Shown piece by piece: positions 1-7,486 of a DNA stretch of 64,000 bases; the stretch's first letter is position 1; every line of letters starts with the position of its first letter. The stretch covers positions 11,338 to 75,337 of the forward strand of contig CALBNP010000136.1 in assembly GCA_937896505.1 (NCBI GenBank), given 5' to 3'. This DNA is from an uncultured Bacteroidales bacterium (GTDB lineage Bacteria; Bacteroidota; Bacteroidia; Bacteroidales; F082). A model generated the notes under the pieces. That model did not search any database, had not been told where the DNA came from, and saw only the letters and a program-made list of their open reading frames with translations. The position numbers and the translations under genes were made by a program.

Positions 1-342
1 GATGCCGATATGGAGGAGTTTTTTGACAATGTCATTGGCGTGACAGTTTATGAAAACAAACCTGTTCAGGAAGTCCGTCTAAGGATTTCGGAGAAGCGTT
101 ATCCTTATATAGAGACGAAGCCATTGCATTGGACGCAGACTGAATTAAAAGGAGAGTCAGGGAACGGATGGCGTGTGGTTCGGTTGCGTGTGAAGGTGAA
201 TAATGAACTTGAAGCGGCTATTCTGTATTTTGGTGATGATGTGGAGGTGCTTGCTCCTGAATCGTTAAGGAAGCAAATAGGAGAAAGAATAAAGTGTTTG
301 GCAAAAATGTATGGCTTTGCGGATACTTTGCAAAGTGAGTGA
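1..342 (+). CDS. WYL-domain transcriptional regulator, C-terminal part (5' end lies outside the window)
   Basis: The frame is open from base 1. The tail ...RLRISEKRYPYIETKPLHWTQ...WRVVRLRVKVNNELEAAILYFGDDVEVLAPESLRKQI resembles the WYL plus C-terminal extension region of YafY/BrxR/CapW-type regulators. Stop at 340-342. Confidence 0.55.
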   Translation, partial: DADMEEFFDNVIGVTVYENKPVQEVRLRISEKRYPYIETKPLHWTQTELKGESGNGWRVVRLRVKVNNELEAAILYFGDDVEVLAPESLRKQIGERIKCLAKMYGFADTLQSE

Positions 343-343
343 A

Positions 344-351
344 TACTTTTG
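344..351 (+). promoter_or_regulatory. Candidate Bacteroidota sigma-A -7 box (TACTTTTG) for the kinase-fusion gene
   Basis: Exact TAnnTTTG match directly after the WYL gene stop and 48 nt upstream of ATG 400. Confidence 0.45.
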
Positions 352-399
352 CAGCCGATTTAGGAATTGTTATTGTTTAACCAAATTAAGTTGTTGCTT

Positions 400-3300
400 A
401 TGACTAAGATTTTATCTTCACAGTTGGAACCGGAAATGATTATTGGCAGAGCCTTGAAGCAAGGCGAGACGTTGGTGCCTTTGAGAAACCTTATATCTAT
501 TATCCATAGTGAGGTTGAGGCCGAGGCCGTTGGTTATTTTATTCTGAATAGCTGTTACACCAAGAATTACAAGGAAAGCCTTTTGACATACGAGGATGAT
601 GTTGACGATAAAAAAAGGTTAGAGGCTTTGCGTCATGGGCCAGCAAAACGTGTCCCGTGGCGTAATAATATTTGTTTGGCAAGAATTGACACGAACTATT
701 ACCCAAGCGATGGAATTCATATCGTCAACATTGAGGACAATGAAGGCATTTTGATAGCTGGTTCGACAAAGTTTAATGAAGATGAGACTTTTGTTGGAAC
801 AGAGCCTGATGATGAATTGCCTGTTCATTGGGAAAGAAGAGGCACTTGTCCGAAACTTTACACCTATGGTGATGCTTTTGTGTTCCAAAATATCCGACCT
901 GATATTATCAATACTCAATATTTGCTTCGTGCCTTGACATCAGAAGAGGTGAATATGCAAGTGGAAAATATTTACAGACCTTCATTTGCAAATGGAACGG
1001 TTGGTTACACCGAAGAGGATTTCTTGTCTTTGGCGATTCCTGTACCGAGTCTGGAGGAACAAAAGTTTCTGGTGGATCTTGACTATAATCACATCAACAG
1101 TTCTGATTGTAAGATGGCTTTGAAGAAATATCTTCGGGTTAGAATGAAGAATGTTGAAATCATTGACGCCAAGATGGAATTGCTTTCCCTATTATATGGA
1201 TATGCGGGGGGATCTGATGAAAAGGTATCTAACAGTTTGCCGATTTTTTGTGATGGTATATTAACGGAAAGAGAAATGCTTGTAATAAAACATTTCTCAA
1301 AAGATGTCTTCGATTATATTTTCACTCCGTTAGTCGGTTCCAAAAATGAGTTTTTCGATGTTCCTAACGAATTATCTGATTTCATGTTCAATTTATTGAA
1401 TTTGAATAATGGTGGCAAAGAGGTCGTGTATAACCCATTTGTGAAATTTGGCTCACTAGCCCAGCATGATGCGATATTTGAAGGAGAAGAAATTGACGAA
1501 AAGGCTTGGGCGGTAGCCAAAGCAAGATTGTGTATTGCCGGTATAGAGAATAATTTGACATTGGGAAATCCATTGGATGATTATGGGAAGAGGTATAAGT
1601 ATATTCTAAGTATGCTTCCGTATGGAAGACAGGGAGAGGTGTCGTTGGAGTGCATTGTTTCAACCCTTTATGAAAAAATGGAATTAGGCGGCAGGATGGT
1701 TGTTGGTGTGCCATTTAGTTTCTTAAAAGGAACTGATAGACTTGGAATTAGACAAAGGCTATTGGCAGATGAGGCATTATGTGAAATTTATGTCTTACCA
1801 GAATATTTGATGAAACCAGCTACAGCAGTTCGTCTTGCCGTACTTGTTATAAATAAGGGAGGAACAAATTGTCATGGATACGATAAGGTGCGCATGATTG
1901 ATTTTTCATTTGCGAAAAAGATCAATTACGAGGGAAATGGGGCTAATGTTGACTTTGATATTAAAGCTGCTACAGAGGCCTATGAGCAATATTGTCTTGG
2001 ATTTGAAGACAGAAGTGGCTTAAGTGTGGTTGAAATTCCTTTTGCACAATTGTTGGATACGTCTTTTGAAAGAGAATATGTGATAAATCCTCTCGTCTAT
2101 TTTGCAACATCTCGGATTAAAAGAAAAAAGAAAGATGCAAATTTTGTCAGATTGGGAGATTTGGTCGAGCTGAATCATGAAAACAGGGCTACTGACCCTA
2201 TGAGAATCGTTGATTTAGCATGTTTTCCAAAAGAAGGTATAATTTTGGAAAGTGACTTTGAGAAATTGCCATTGACAAGTCCTGTAGGTCCTTGTAGAAT
2301 ATTGAATTGTGATGGTTTGTTGCTTTCAGGTGTAAAAAGGGGATTGAAATGTATTTGTTTCAAACGCAACGATAAGTTTCCTGTTGCTTATTCCAGTGAC
2401 CGAATTTTTTCTTTAAAGTTAAAGTCTAAAAATGTAGGTCTTGAATTTTTAGCATGTGAGTTAAACGGAGCTGATTATGTTAATGAACAGATAGATGCGC
2501 TGACGGCTGGTAGTGTTTTGCTAAGACTTCGTTCTTTTGAGTTGATGAATATTTTGGTCGATGTTCCTTCTCAGGAAGAACAGGTAAAAAGAGTTGAGTC
2601 ATATAAATCTGCCGAACTTGACAGATTGCTTGGAGAAAAGGGACGGGAAATCAAGATGCAGCATGAGGATTTTGTTCGTCGCGTGAGAAGCAGAAAACAT
2701 GCCATAGGCAATGTTATGGGTGAAGTTGTTCCGGCGTTTGATGGATTGGTTGACTGTTTCAATGAACATGGAGGCAAATTGACTGAATCAGATTTGGTTT
2801 GGAAGGGTTTTGACGACACAGTTGGCTCCGTGATTGCCAAGTTGCAGAAGGAGATCTGTAGAGTGGCTGAGATGGTTTCAAACATGACAAATGCGGTTGA
2901 TGTCGAATTTGGCACTCCTGATGAGTTTGTGGTAAAAGACTTAGTTGAGGATTATATCAGCAGCCATGTCTTCAACAGATGCACTGTCAGGATGAATTAT
3001 AACGAAGAAGCATTTGCTGAGGCTTTGGGTGAACGTAATGAGGTCGCTATAAAAGTTTGCAAGGATGATTTCAATAAAATCCTGGACAACATTGTGACCA
3101 ATGCGGTAAAGCATGGATTTACAGATGAAGGGAAGACATACTATATTGAGTTTGATGTCGCTCCGACTATAATTAATGGTTGTTTGGCTGTCGGAATATC
3201 TGTTCGCAATAATGGAAATCCATTGCCAAAAGGAATGACGGTAGAGAAGGTATTTCAAGAAGGCCAAAGTACTTCTGGCAGTTTTGGCATTGGAGGATGG

Positions 3301-3417
3301 TTCATTAAGAGTGCAGTTGAACAATTTGGAGGGGAGGTTGACATGGATTTGTTTGACCCTGAAGAAAATGATTTTTCGATTGAATATGTTTTGAAGTTTC
3401 CAATTAGTAATCTTTAA
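400..3417 (+). CDS. Fusion protein: HsdS-like TRD, degenerate N6-adenine-methyltransferase-like domain, second TRD, and histidine-kinase core (H-box plus HATPase_c)
   Basis: First ATG at 400; the ORF track starts at TTG 367. TRD-end signatures are AIPVPSLEEQ (1036-1062) and VDVPSQEEQ (2557-2583), the second TRD preceded by FVRLGDLVEL. MTase-like block: FFDVPNELSDFMFNLL, VYNPFVKFGS (1426-1455, where VYDPACGSG is expected), FEGEEID..AKARLCIAGIE, SMLPY (1609-1623, where NPPF/Y is expected), GGRMVVGVPFSFLKG...IYVLPEYLMKPATAVRLAVLVINKG. Kinase core: RSRKHAIGNVM (His codon 2698-2700), N-box NIVTNAVKHG (3100-3117), ISVRNNGNPLP, G2 box SFGIGGW (3286-3297). Confidence 0.8.
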   Translation: MTKILSSQLEPEMIIGRALKQGETLVPLRNLISIIHSEVEAEAVGYFILNSCYTKNYKESLLTYEDDVDDKKRLEALRHGPAKRVPWRNNICLARIDTNYYPSDGIHIVNIEDNEGILIAGSTKFNEDETFVGTEPDDELPVHWERRGTCPKLYTYGDAFVFQNIRPDIINTQYLLRALTSEEVNMQVENIYRPSFANGTVGYTEEDFLSLAIPVPSLEEQKFLVDLDYNHINSSDCKMALKKYLRVRMKNVEIIDAKMELLSLLYGYAGGSDEKVSNSLPIFCDGILTEREMLVIKHFSKDVFDYIFTPLVGSKNEFFDVPNELSDFMFNLLNLNNGGKEVVYNPFVKFGSLAQHDAIFEGEEIDEKAWAVAKARLCIAGIENNLTLGNPLDDYGKRYKYILSMLPYGRQGEVSLECIVSTLYEKMELGGRMVVGVPFSFLKGTDRLGIRQRLLADEALCEIYVLPEYLMKPATAVRLAVLVINKGGTNCHGYDKVRMIDFSFAKKINYEGNGANVDFDIKAATEAYEQYCLGFEDRSGLSVVEIPFAQLLDTSFEREYVINPLVYFATSRIKRKKKDANFVRLGDLVELNHENRATDPMRIVDLACFPKEGIILESDFEKLPLTSPVGPCRILNCDGLLLSGVKRGLKCICFKRNDKFPVAYSSDRIFSLKLKSKNVGLEFLACELNGADYVNEQIDALTAGSVLLRLRSFELMNILVDVPSQEEQVKRVESYKSAELDRLLGEKGREIKMQHEDFVRRVRSRKHAIGNVMGEVVPAFDGLVDCFNEHGGKLTESDLVWKGFDDTVGSVIAKLQKEICRVAEMVSNMTNAVDVEFGTPDEFVVKDLVEDYISSHVFNRCTVRMNYNEEAFAEALGERNEVAIKVCKDDFNKILDNIVTNAVKHGFTDEGKTYYIEFDVAPTIINGCLAVGISVRNNGNPLPKGMTVEKVFQEGQSTSGSFGIGGWFIKSAVEQFGGEVDMDLFDPEENDFSIEYVLKFPISNL

Positions 3418-3428
3418 CTTTAATAGAT

Positions 3429-4634
3429 ATGATGCATAAAGTCTTATGGATTGATGATGAATTAAATCAAGGCAGTTTTATCAGACAAGCAACCAAGTAT
3501 AATCTTGAAATAGAACAGGTTGAGTGTTATTTTGATGGCATCAACAAACTGAAAGGCGGAAAGACTGCTTGTAGTGCGGTTATTCTTGATGTGAACTGCA
3601 AGTATAAGTCGGATGAGGAAGTGACATCTGTTGAGGCAATTCGGGAGCATTTACATGAAATTACCGGATATTGTGAAAGTAAAGACGAAAGACTTGTTCC
3701 TTGGTTCGTTTATACGGCTGGCACAGGTGATGCTGAAGGTTATGTGAATAGTTTGCGAAAGAATAAACCGTGGGACGATGTCGCCTATTACAATAAGGGT
3801 GATGACTATAAGTTGCTTTTTGAGCATATTCAAAATGCAATTGAAAAGGTGCCTTTGAATATGATTCACAAAAAATATGAAGTTGTGTTCAGTGTCTGTC
3901 CAGACAAGAAAGATGAATTGGAGCGCGTGATGTTGGCCGTTGAAAACAACGATTTCAAGGATGCTTCGGCTTTCAATGATATGAGGAAAGTCTTGGGGTG
4001 GGTGAAAAAGAAGCTGGGGATTTTAGGTTTTCTTAGAGAAGATGTTAAGACTTTGCGTGATGTGTCTTATTTCATGAGGCAAATTAGCAAAAAAGATGCT
4101 CAATTTGTTCCGGAGTATATTAGCGGCTCTTTTTATTACGTAGAGGGAGCATCGCAGAATGGAAGCCATGGGGAAGATGATAAAGAGCCTGGCGCGGAGA
4201 ACAACTTGGTCGTTGATAGGGATGTTAAGACTGGTTGTGCGCCTTATTTGCTGAATGGCGTGTTTTATTCGTTGCTGACCTTGATTAATTGGTTGGGGAG
4301 TCTGTCGAATGAGGCTGGCGATGTTGAAGAAAGACGGAATAAAGTGCTGGCCATGAACATACCTTTCGACAAGAAGGATGGCAAAAAACAGGATGATACT
4401 GACCGTGAAGAAAGTGCGAGTAAGGCGATTGAGTTTCCTGAATACGAAGGGAAGGAATTTGTTTTAGAACAGGAAGATGGCATTTTGCATTGTGGGTATT
4501 GCTGTGTGCATGAAGCCCATGTGGGTAAAGTTGGAAAGGCTGTCCGTTTGGAAAATGTTGTTCCCAACACTTGGAAAAATAAATATGAGAAGTATAAATG
4601 CTTTGCAAAGAAAGTGACTGTTGTTGGAGAGTGA
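3429..4634 (+). CDS. REC-like response regulator with an uncharacterised ~260-aa output region
   Basis: Starts 11 nt after the kinase stop. N-terminus has VLWIDDE (D9, D10), AVILDVN (D54 as candidate phospho-acceptor), FVYTAG (T96) and YYNKG (K123), giving CheY-like spacing with one insertion. No motif recognised by eye from residue ~145 on. Cys/His-rich tail HCGYCCVHEAH...KYKCF. Confidence 0.6.
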   Translation: MMHKVLWIDDELNQGSFIRQATKYNLEIEQVECYFDGINKLKGGKTACSAVILDVNCKYKSDEEVTSVEAIREHLHEITGYCESKDERLVPWFVYTAGTGDAEGYVNSLRKNKPWDDVAYYNKGDDYKLLFEHIQNAIEKVPLNMIHKKYEVVFSVCPDKKDELERVMLAVENNDFKDASAFNDMRKVLGWVKKKLGILGFLREDVKTLRDVSYFMRQISKKDAQFVPEYISGSFYYVEGASQNGSHGEDDKEPGAENNLVVDRDVKTGCAPYLLNGVFYSLLTLINWLGSLSNEAGDVEERRNKVLAMNIPFDKKDGKKQDDTDREESASKAIEFPEYEGKEFVLEQEDGILHCGYCCVHEAHVGKVGKAVRLENVVPNTWKNKYEKYKCFAKKVTVVGE

Positions 4635-4798
4635 ATCGAATTATTGGGGAAAGGCATCTTGAACTTTTAGTCGGATTGGGGGCCGTACTGACGTGCTTTC
4701 GTGTTAACGATGGTTTTTTTTCGTGTGACTCAAAAATAAACAAATAAATATTTTTGGGTTGTAAGGTTGCTTTGTGTGATGTGATGTGGGAAAATGTT

Positions 4799-4806
4799 TA
4801 ATTTTG
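4799..4806 (+). promoter_or_regulatory. Candidate -7 box (TAATTTTG) for hsdM
   Basis: TAnnTTTG match 37 nt upstream of ATG 4844. A second match, TATTTTTG, lies at 4749-4756. Confidence 0.35.
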
Positions 4807-4843
4807 TGGGTTCTTTATTAATAGTTAATTCTAAATATATAGT

Positions 4844-6544
4844 ATGGCTAAGAAGGTGACTGACAAATCTATCAACATTGATAGTATTCTCTTCAATTGC
4901 CGCGACATTTTGCGGGCGGCGCGCAACTCGGGGTCTTTCTTTGAGAAGCGTGACATGATGCTTACTTTGGTGTTTCTCCGTTTCATTGGGGAGAAGTATG
5001 AGGATGGCGTTGCGAAACTGAAACAGCGTCTTAAAGATGAGGGGTTAGACCCAGAGGATGAGCAGATTGTGGCTGCTTTCTTCGAGGATGCTTCATTTGC
5101 GGATGGCACTTACAATTTGCCTCCCGAGGCGCGTTGGTCAACGATAATCAACACTCCGGCGCCAGGCTTGAATGTGGCTTTGGATGAGGCTTTGCGCAGT
5201 ATTGCCACTAACTCGAAACAACTGAAGGGATGCTTTGTGGAGGGTACTTTCATGACGCGCAATCTTGCCGCTAACGACATCAAGAAGCTTGTGGATGAGG
5301 TGAACAAGATTAGCCATAAGGCTTTTGGTGAAGAGAAGGACTTGATTGGCCATGTGTATGAATATTTCCTGAAGGCGTTTGCCGTGGAAGCCACCAAGGA
5401 GGAAGGTGAGTTTTATACGCCGCATGATGTTGTGCAGTTGATTGCCAATATGATTGAGCCTTTCGATGGAACTTTGTATGATCCTGCCTGTGGTTCGGGC
5501 GGTATGTTCATTCAAAGTGCCGACTTGGTGAAAGCACGCCAAGGCAATATCGAGAGGATTAACATTTACGGACAGGAGAAGGAGCCGGCGACATATCGTC
5601 TGGCGAAGATGAATCTTGCCTTGCGTGGCCTTAGCCATCATTTGGGCGAAGAGGCTGACTCGTCGTTTACCCACGACCTGCACAAAGGGCTTTACTTCAA
5701 CTATATCATGGCCAACCCGCCTTTTAACCTGAAGAGCTGGTATAACGACAATCTGCATGATGATGCACGCTGGGCTGATTATGCAACACCGCCAGAGAGC
5801 AATGCCAACTATGCCTGGATCCTGCACATGCTTTCGCACCTGAAGCCGAGTGATGGCGTTGCGGGTTTCCTGCTTGCCAATGGCGCTTTGAACGACGGCG
5901 ACACGCTAACCATACGGCAAAAGCTGATTGAAAACGACAAAGTGGAAGCCATCATCGTGTTGCCAAGAGAGCTTTTCTTTACAACCGATATTAGTGTGAC
6001 GCTTTGGATACTGAACCAAAACAAGAAGGGCGGCATGTACCATGAGCGCATGTTGCGCAACCGCGAGAAAGAAATACTCTTCATGGACTTGCGCCAATGG
6101 ACTGAGAACCCTGTGAAGGGCGAACAGAAGAAGAAGGTGCTTTTGAGTACCGAGCAGATTGAGAGAGCTGCCGAAATTTATCATACCTGGCAAGCCGAAG
6201 GGACGGATGGAGGCGATTATGCCGTGCCGGAGCTTTACCGCAGCGTGAAGTTTGACGAAATAGCGGCGAAAGGCTTTGCCTTGACGCCAAGCAAATACAT
6301 TGAGTTTGTTGACCACGACTTGGACATTGACTATGCCAAGGAGATGGCACGCATTCAAGAGGAAATGAGGCAGATACTTGCCGCTGAGAAGCAGTCGCAG
6401 AAAATGCTTGAAGAGGCTTTTAAGGGCATTGGCTATGAGATAGAGACCCGGAACACTGTGGTGGATTATGTTTGCGGCAACAGCCTCCCGCCAACCATGG
6501 CAGCGGAAGCGGAACATAAATTTCCTTGTTCAATGGATGAATAA
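4844..6544 (+). CDS. hsdM: Type I restriction-modification N6-adenine DNA methyltransferase subunit
   Basis: HsdM N-terminal helical domain (ILFNCRDILRAARNSGS..RDMMLTLVFLRFI), FYTPHDVV, motif I DPACGSGG (5480-5503), YGQEKEPATYRLAKMNLALRG, motif IV NPPF (5714-5725). The last 33 aa look foreign (see findings). Confidence 0.95.
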   Translation: MAKKVTDKSINIDSILFNCRDILRAARNSGSFFEKRDMMLTLVFLRFIGEKYEDGVAKLKQRLKDEGLDPEDEQIVAAFFEDASFADGTYNLPPEARWSTIINTPAPGLNVALDEALRSIATNSKQLKGCFVEGTFMTRNLAANDIKKLVDEVNKISHKAFGEEKDLIGHVYEYFLKAFAVEATKEEGEFYTPHDVVQLIANMIEPFDGTLYDPACGSGGMFIQSADLVKARQGNIERINIYGQEKEPATYRLAKMNLALRGLSHHLGEEADSSFTHDLHKGLYFNYIMANPPFNLKSWYNDNLHDDARWADYATPPESNANYAWILHMLSHLKPSDGVAGFLLANGALNDGDTLTIRQKLIENDKVEAIIVLPRELFFTTDISVTLWILNQNKKGGMYHERMLRNREKEILFMDLRQWTENPVKGEQKKKVLLSTEQIERAAEIYHTWQAEGTDGGDYAVPELYRSVKFDEIAAKGFALTPSKYIEFVDHDLDIDYAKEMARIQEEMRQILAAEKQSQKMLEEAFKGIGYEIETRNTVVDYVCGNSLPPTMAAEAEHKFPCSMDE

Positions 6545-6613
6545 TCTTAACGCTTTGAATGATAGGATTATATAAGGTGATAATCTTGCAACGGCAAATA
6601 AAGAAACATCAAA

Positions 6614-7474
6614 ATGGATTTGACTATGGAACCGAATATAGATATTAACCTTGCAAACGGTAACACCACATCTCCGCAGTTCAACGAAGTGCTGGAAATG
6701 ATTAAGGCAGCGAAGCAAAAGGTTTTTGCTGCCGTCAACACGTCATTGATAGACCTCTATTGGCAAATAGGTTGCTACATAAGCCAGCAAGTAGAAAAAT
6801 CCGGCTGGGGCAAGTCGGTAGTGGAGGAACTGGCCAACTACATACGTACTCAGGAGCCAAATTCCGAAGGTTTCTCCAAACAAAACCTATGGCGTATGAA
6901 GCAGTTTTACGAGACCTATAAAGATGCCGATGAAAAACTCTCAGCACTGCTGAGAGAAATTGCGCCAAAGGCAGAAAGCATTTTCCGCGACCACTACGTG
7001 ATGGAGTTTGTGGGCGAACAAAACGGCAAGCCTGAAAACACGTTCCGCAAAACTTTGATAGCCAGGATGCGTGATTTCATTCTCGAACTCGGAAAGGATT
7101 TCATCCATATTAAAGACGAATTTCATTTGCAGGTGGGGAACAGCGATTTTCGCATCGACCTGCTTTTCTACCATAGGGAATTGCAATGCTTGGTGGCTTT
7201 TGAGCTGAAAACAGAGAAGTTTAAGCCCGAACATTTGGGACAGCTCAACTTCTATCTCGAAGCGCTCGACCGCGATGTGAAGAAGCCCCACGAAAATCCC
7301 AGTATTGGGGTGCTGCTTTGCAAGAGCAAAGACGACGAAGTGGTGGAGTATGCACTTAGCCGCAGTCTTTCGCCAACAATGGTGGCCGAATACGAACTGA
7401 AACTGCCTGACAAGGCCTTGCTGCAACGCAAAATGCAGGAATTGGCAGAACTAATAGACGACGAACAAGAATAA
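6614..7474 (+). CDS. YhcG/DUF1016-family PD-(D/E)xK nuclease-like protein inserted between hsdM and hsdS
   Basis: SLIDLYWQIGCYI..WGKSVVEELANYI..GFSKQNLWRMKQFYETY in the N-terminal part, and FRIDLLFYHRELQCLVAFELKTEKFKPEHLGQLNFYLEALD..IGVLLCKSKDDEVVEYAL as the PD-(D/E)xK core. At 286 aa it looks shorter than I would expect for this family. Confidence 0.8.
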   Translation: MDLTMEPNIDINLANGNTTSPQFNEVLEMIKAAKQKVFAAVNTSLIDLYWQIGCYISQQVEKSGWGKSVVEELANYIRTQEPNSEGFSKQNLWRMKQFYETYKDADEKLSALLREIAPKAESIFRDHYVMEFVGEQNGKPENTFRKTLIARMRDFILELGKDFIHIKDEFHLQVGNSDFRIDLLFYHRELQCLVAFELKTEKFKPEHLGQLNFYLEALDRDVKKPHENPSIGVLLCKSKDDEVVEYALSRSLSPTMVAEYELKLPDKALLQRKMQELAELIDDEQE

Positions 7475-7486
7475 CACTTCAGAAGT

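Noticed and set aside
367-399. N-terminal extensions offered by the ORF track: 367 vs 400, 8634 vs 8640, 14796 vs 14904, 24810 vs 24867, 26617 vs 26659, 30496 vs 30457, 32187 vs 32223, 33404 vs 33431, 35377 vs 35404, 39342 vs 39225, 42421 vs 42442, 45629 vs 45608, 46601 vs 46676, 51113 vs 50933, 55838 vs 55742.
   Set aside because: The extensions start at non-ATG codons or translate promoter, repeat or neighbouring-gene sequence. In each case the internal ATG gives a canonical N-terminus (signal peptide, REC start or a family-typical start) and sits just downstream of a TAnnTTTG box.
400-3417. Reading the large fusion simply as an active type IIG or fused M-S methyltransferase.
   Set aside because: Motif I lacks the acidic residue and glycine pattern (NPFVKFGS). 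Motif IV is MLPY rather than (N/D)PP(F/Y). The C-terminus carries H-, N- and G2-box kinase motifs, and a receiver protein follows. Residual MTase activity still needs an experimental check.
4690-4722. Possible terminator after the response-regulator gene (T9 run at 4714-4722).
   Set aside because: Only a 4-bp stem (TCGT/ACGA around GTTA) precedes the T run, which is too weak to call. Read-through into hsdM cannot be excluded.
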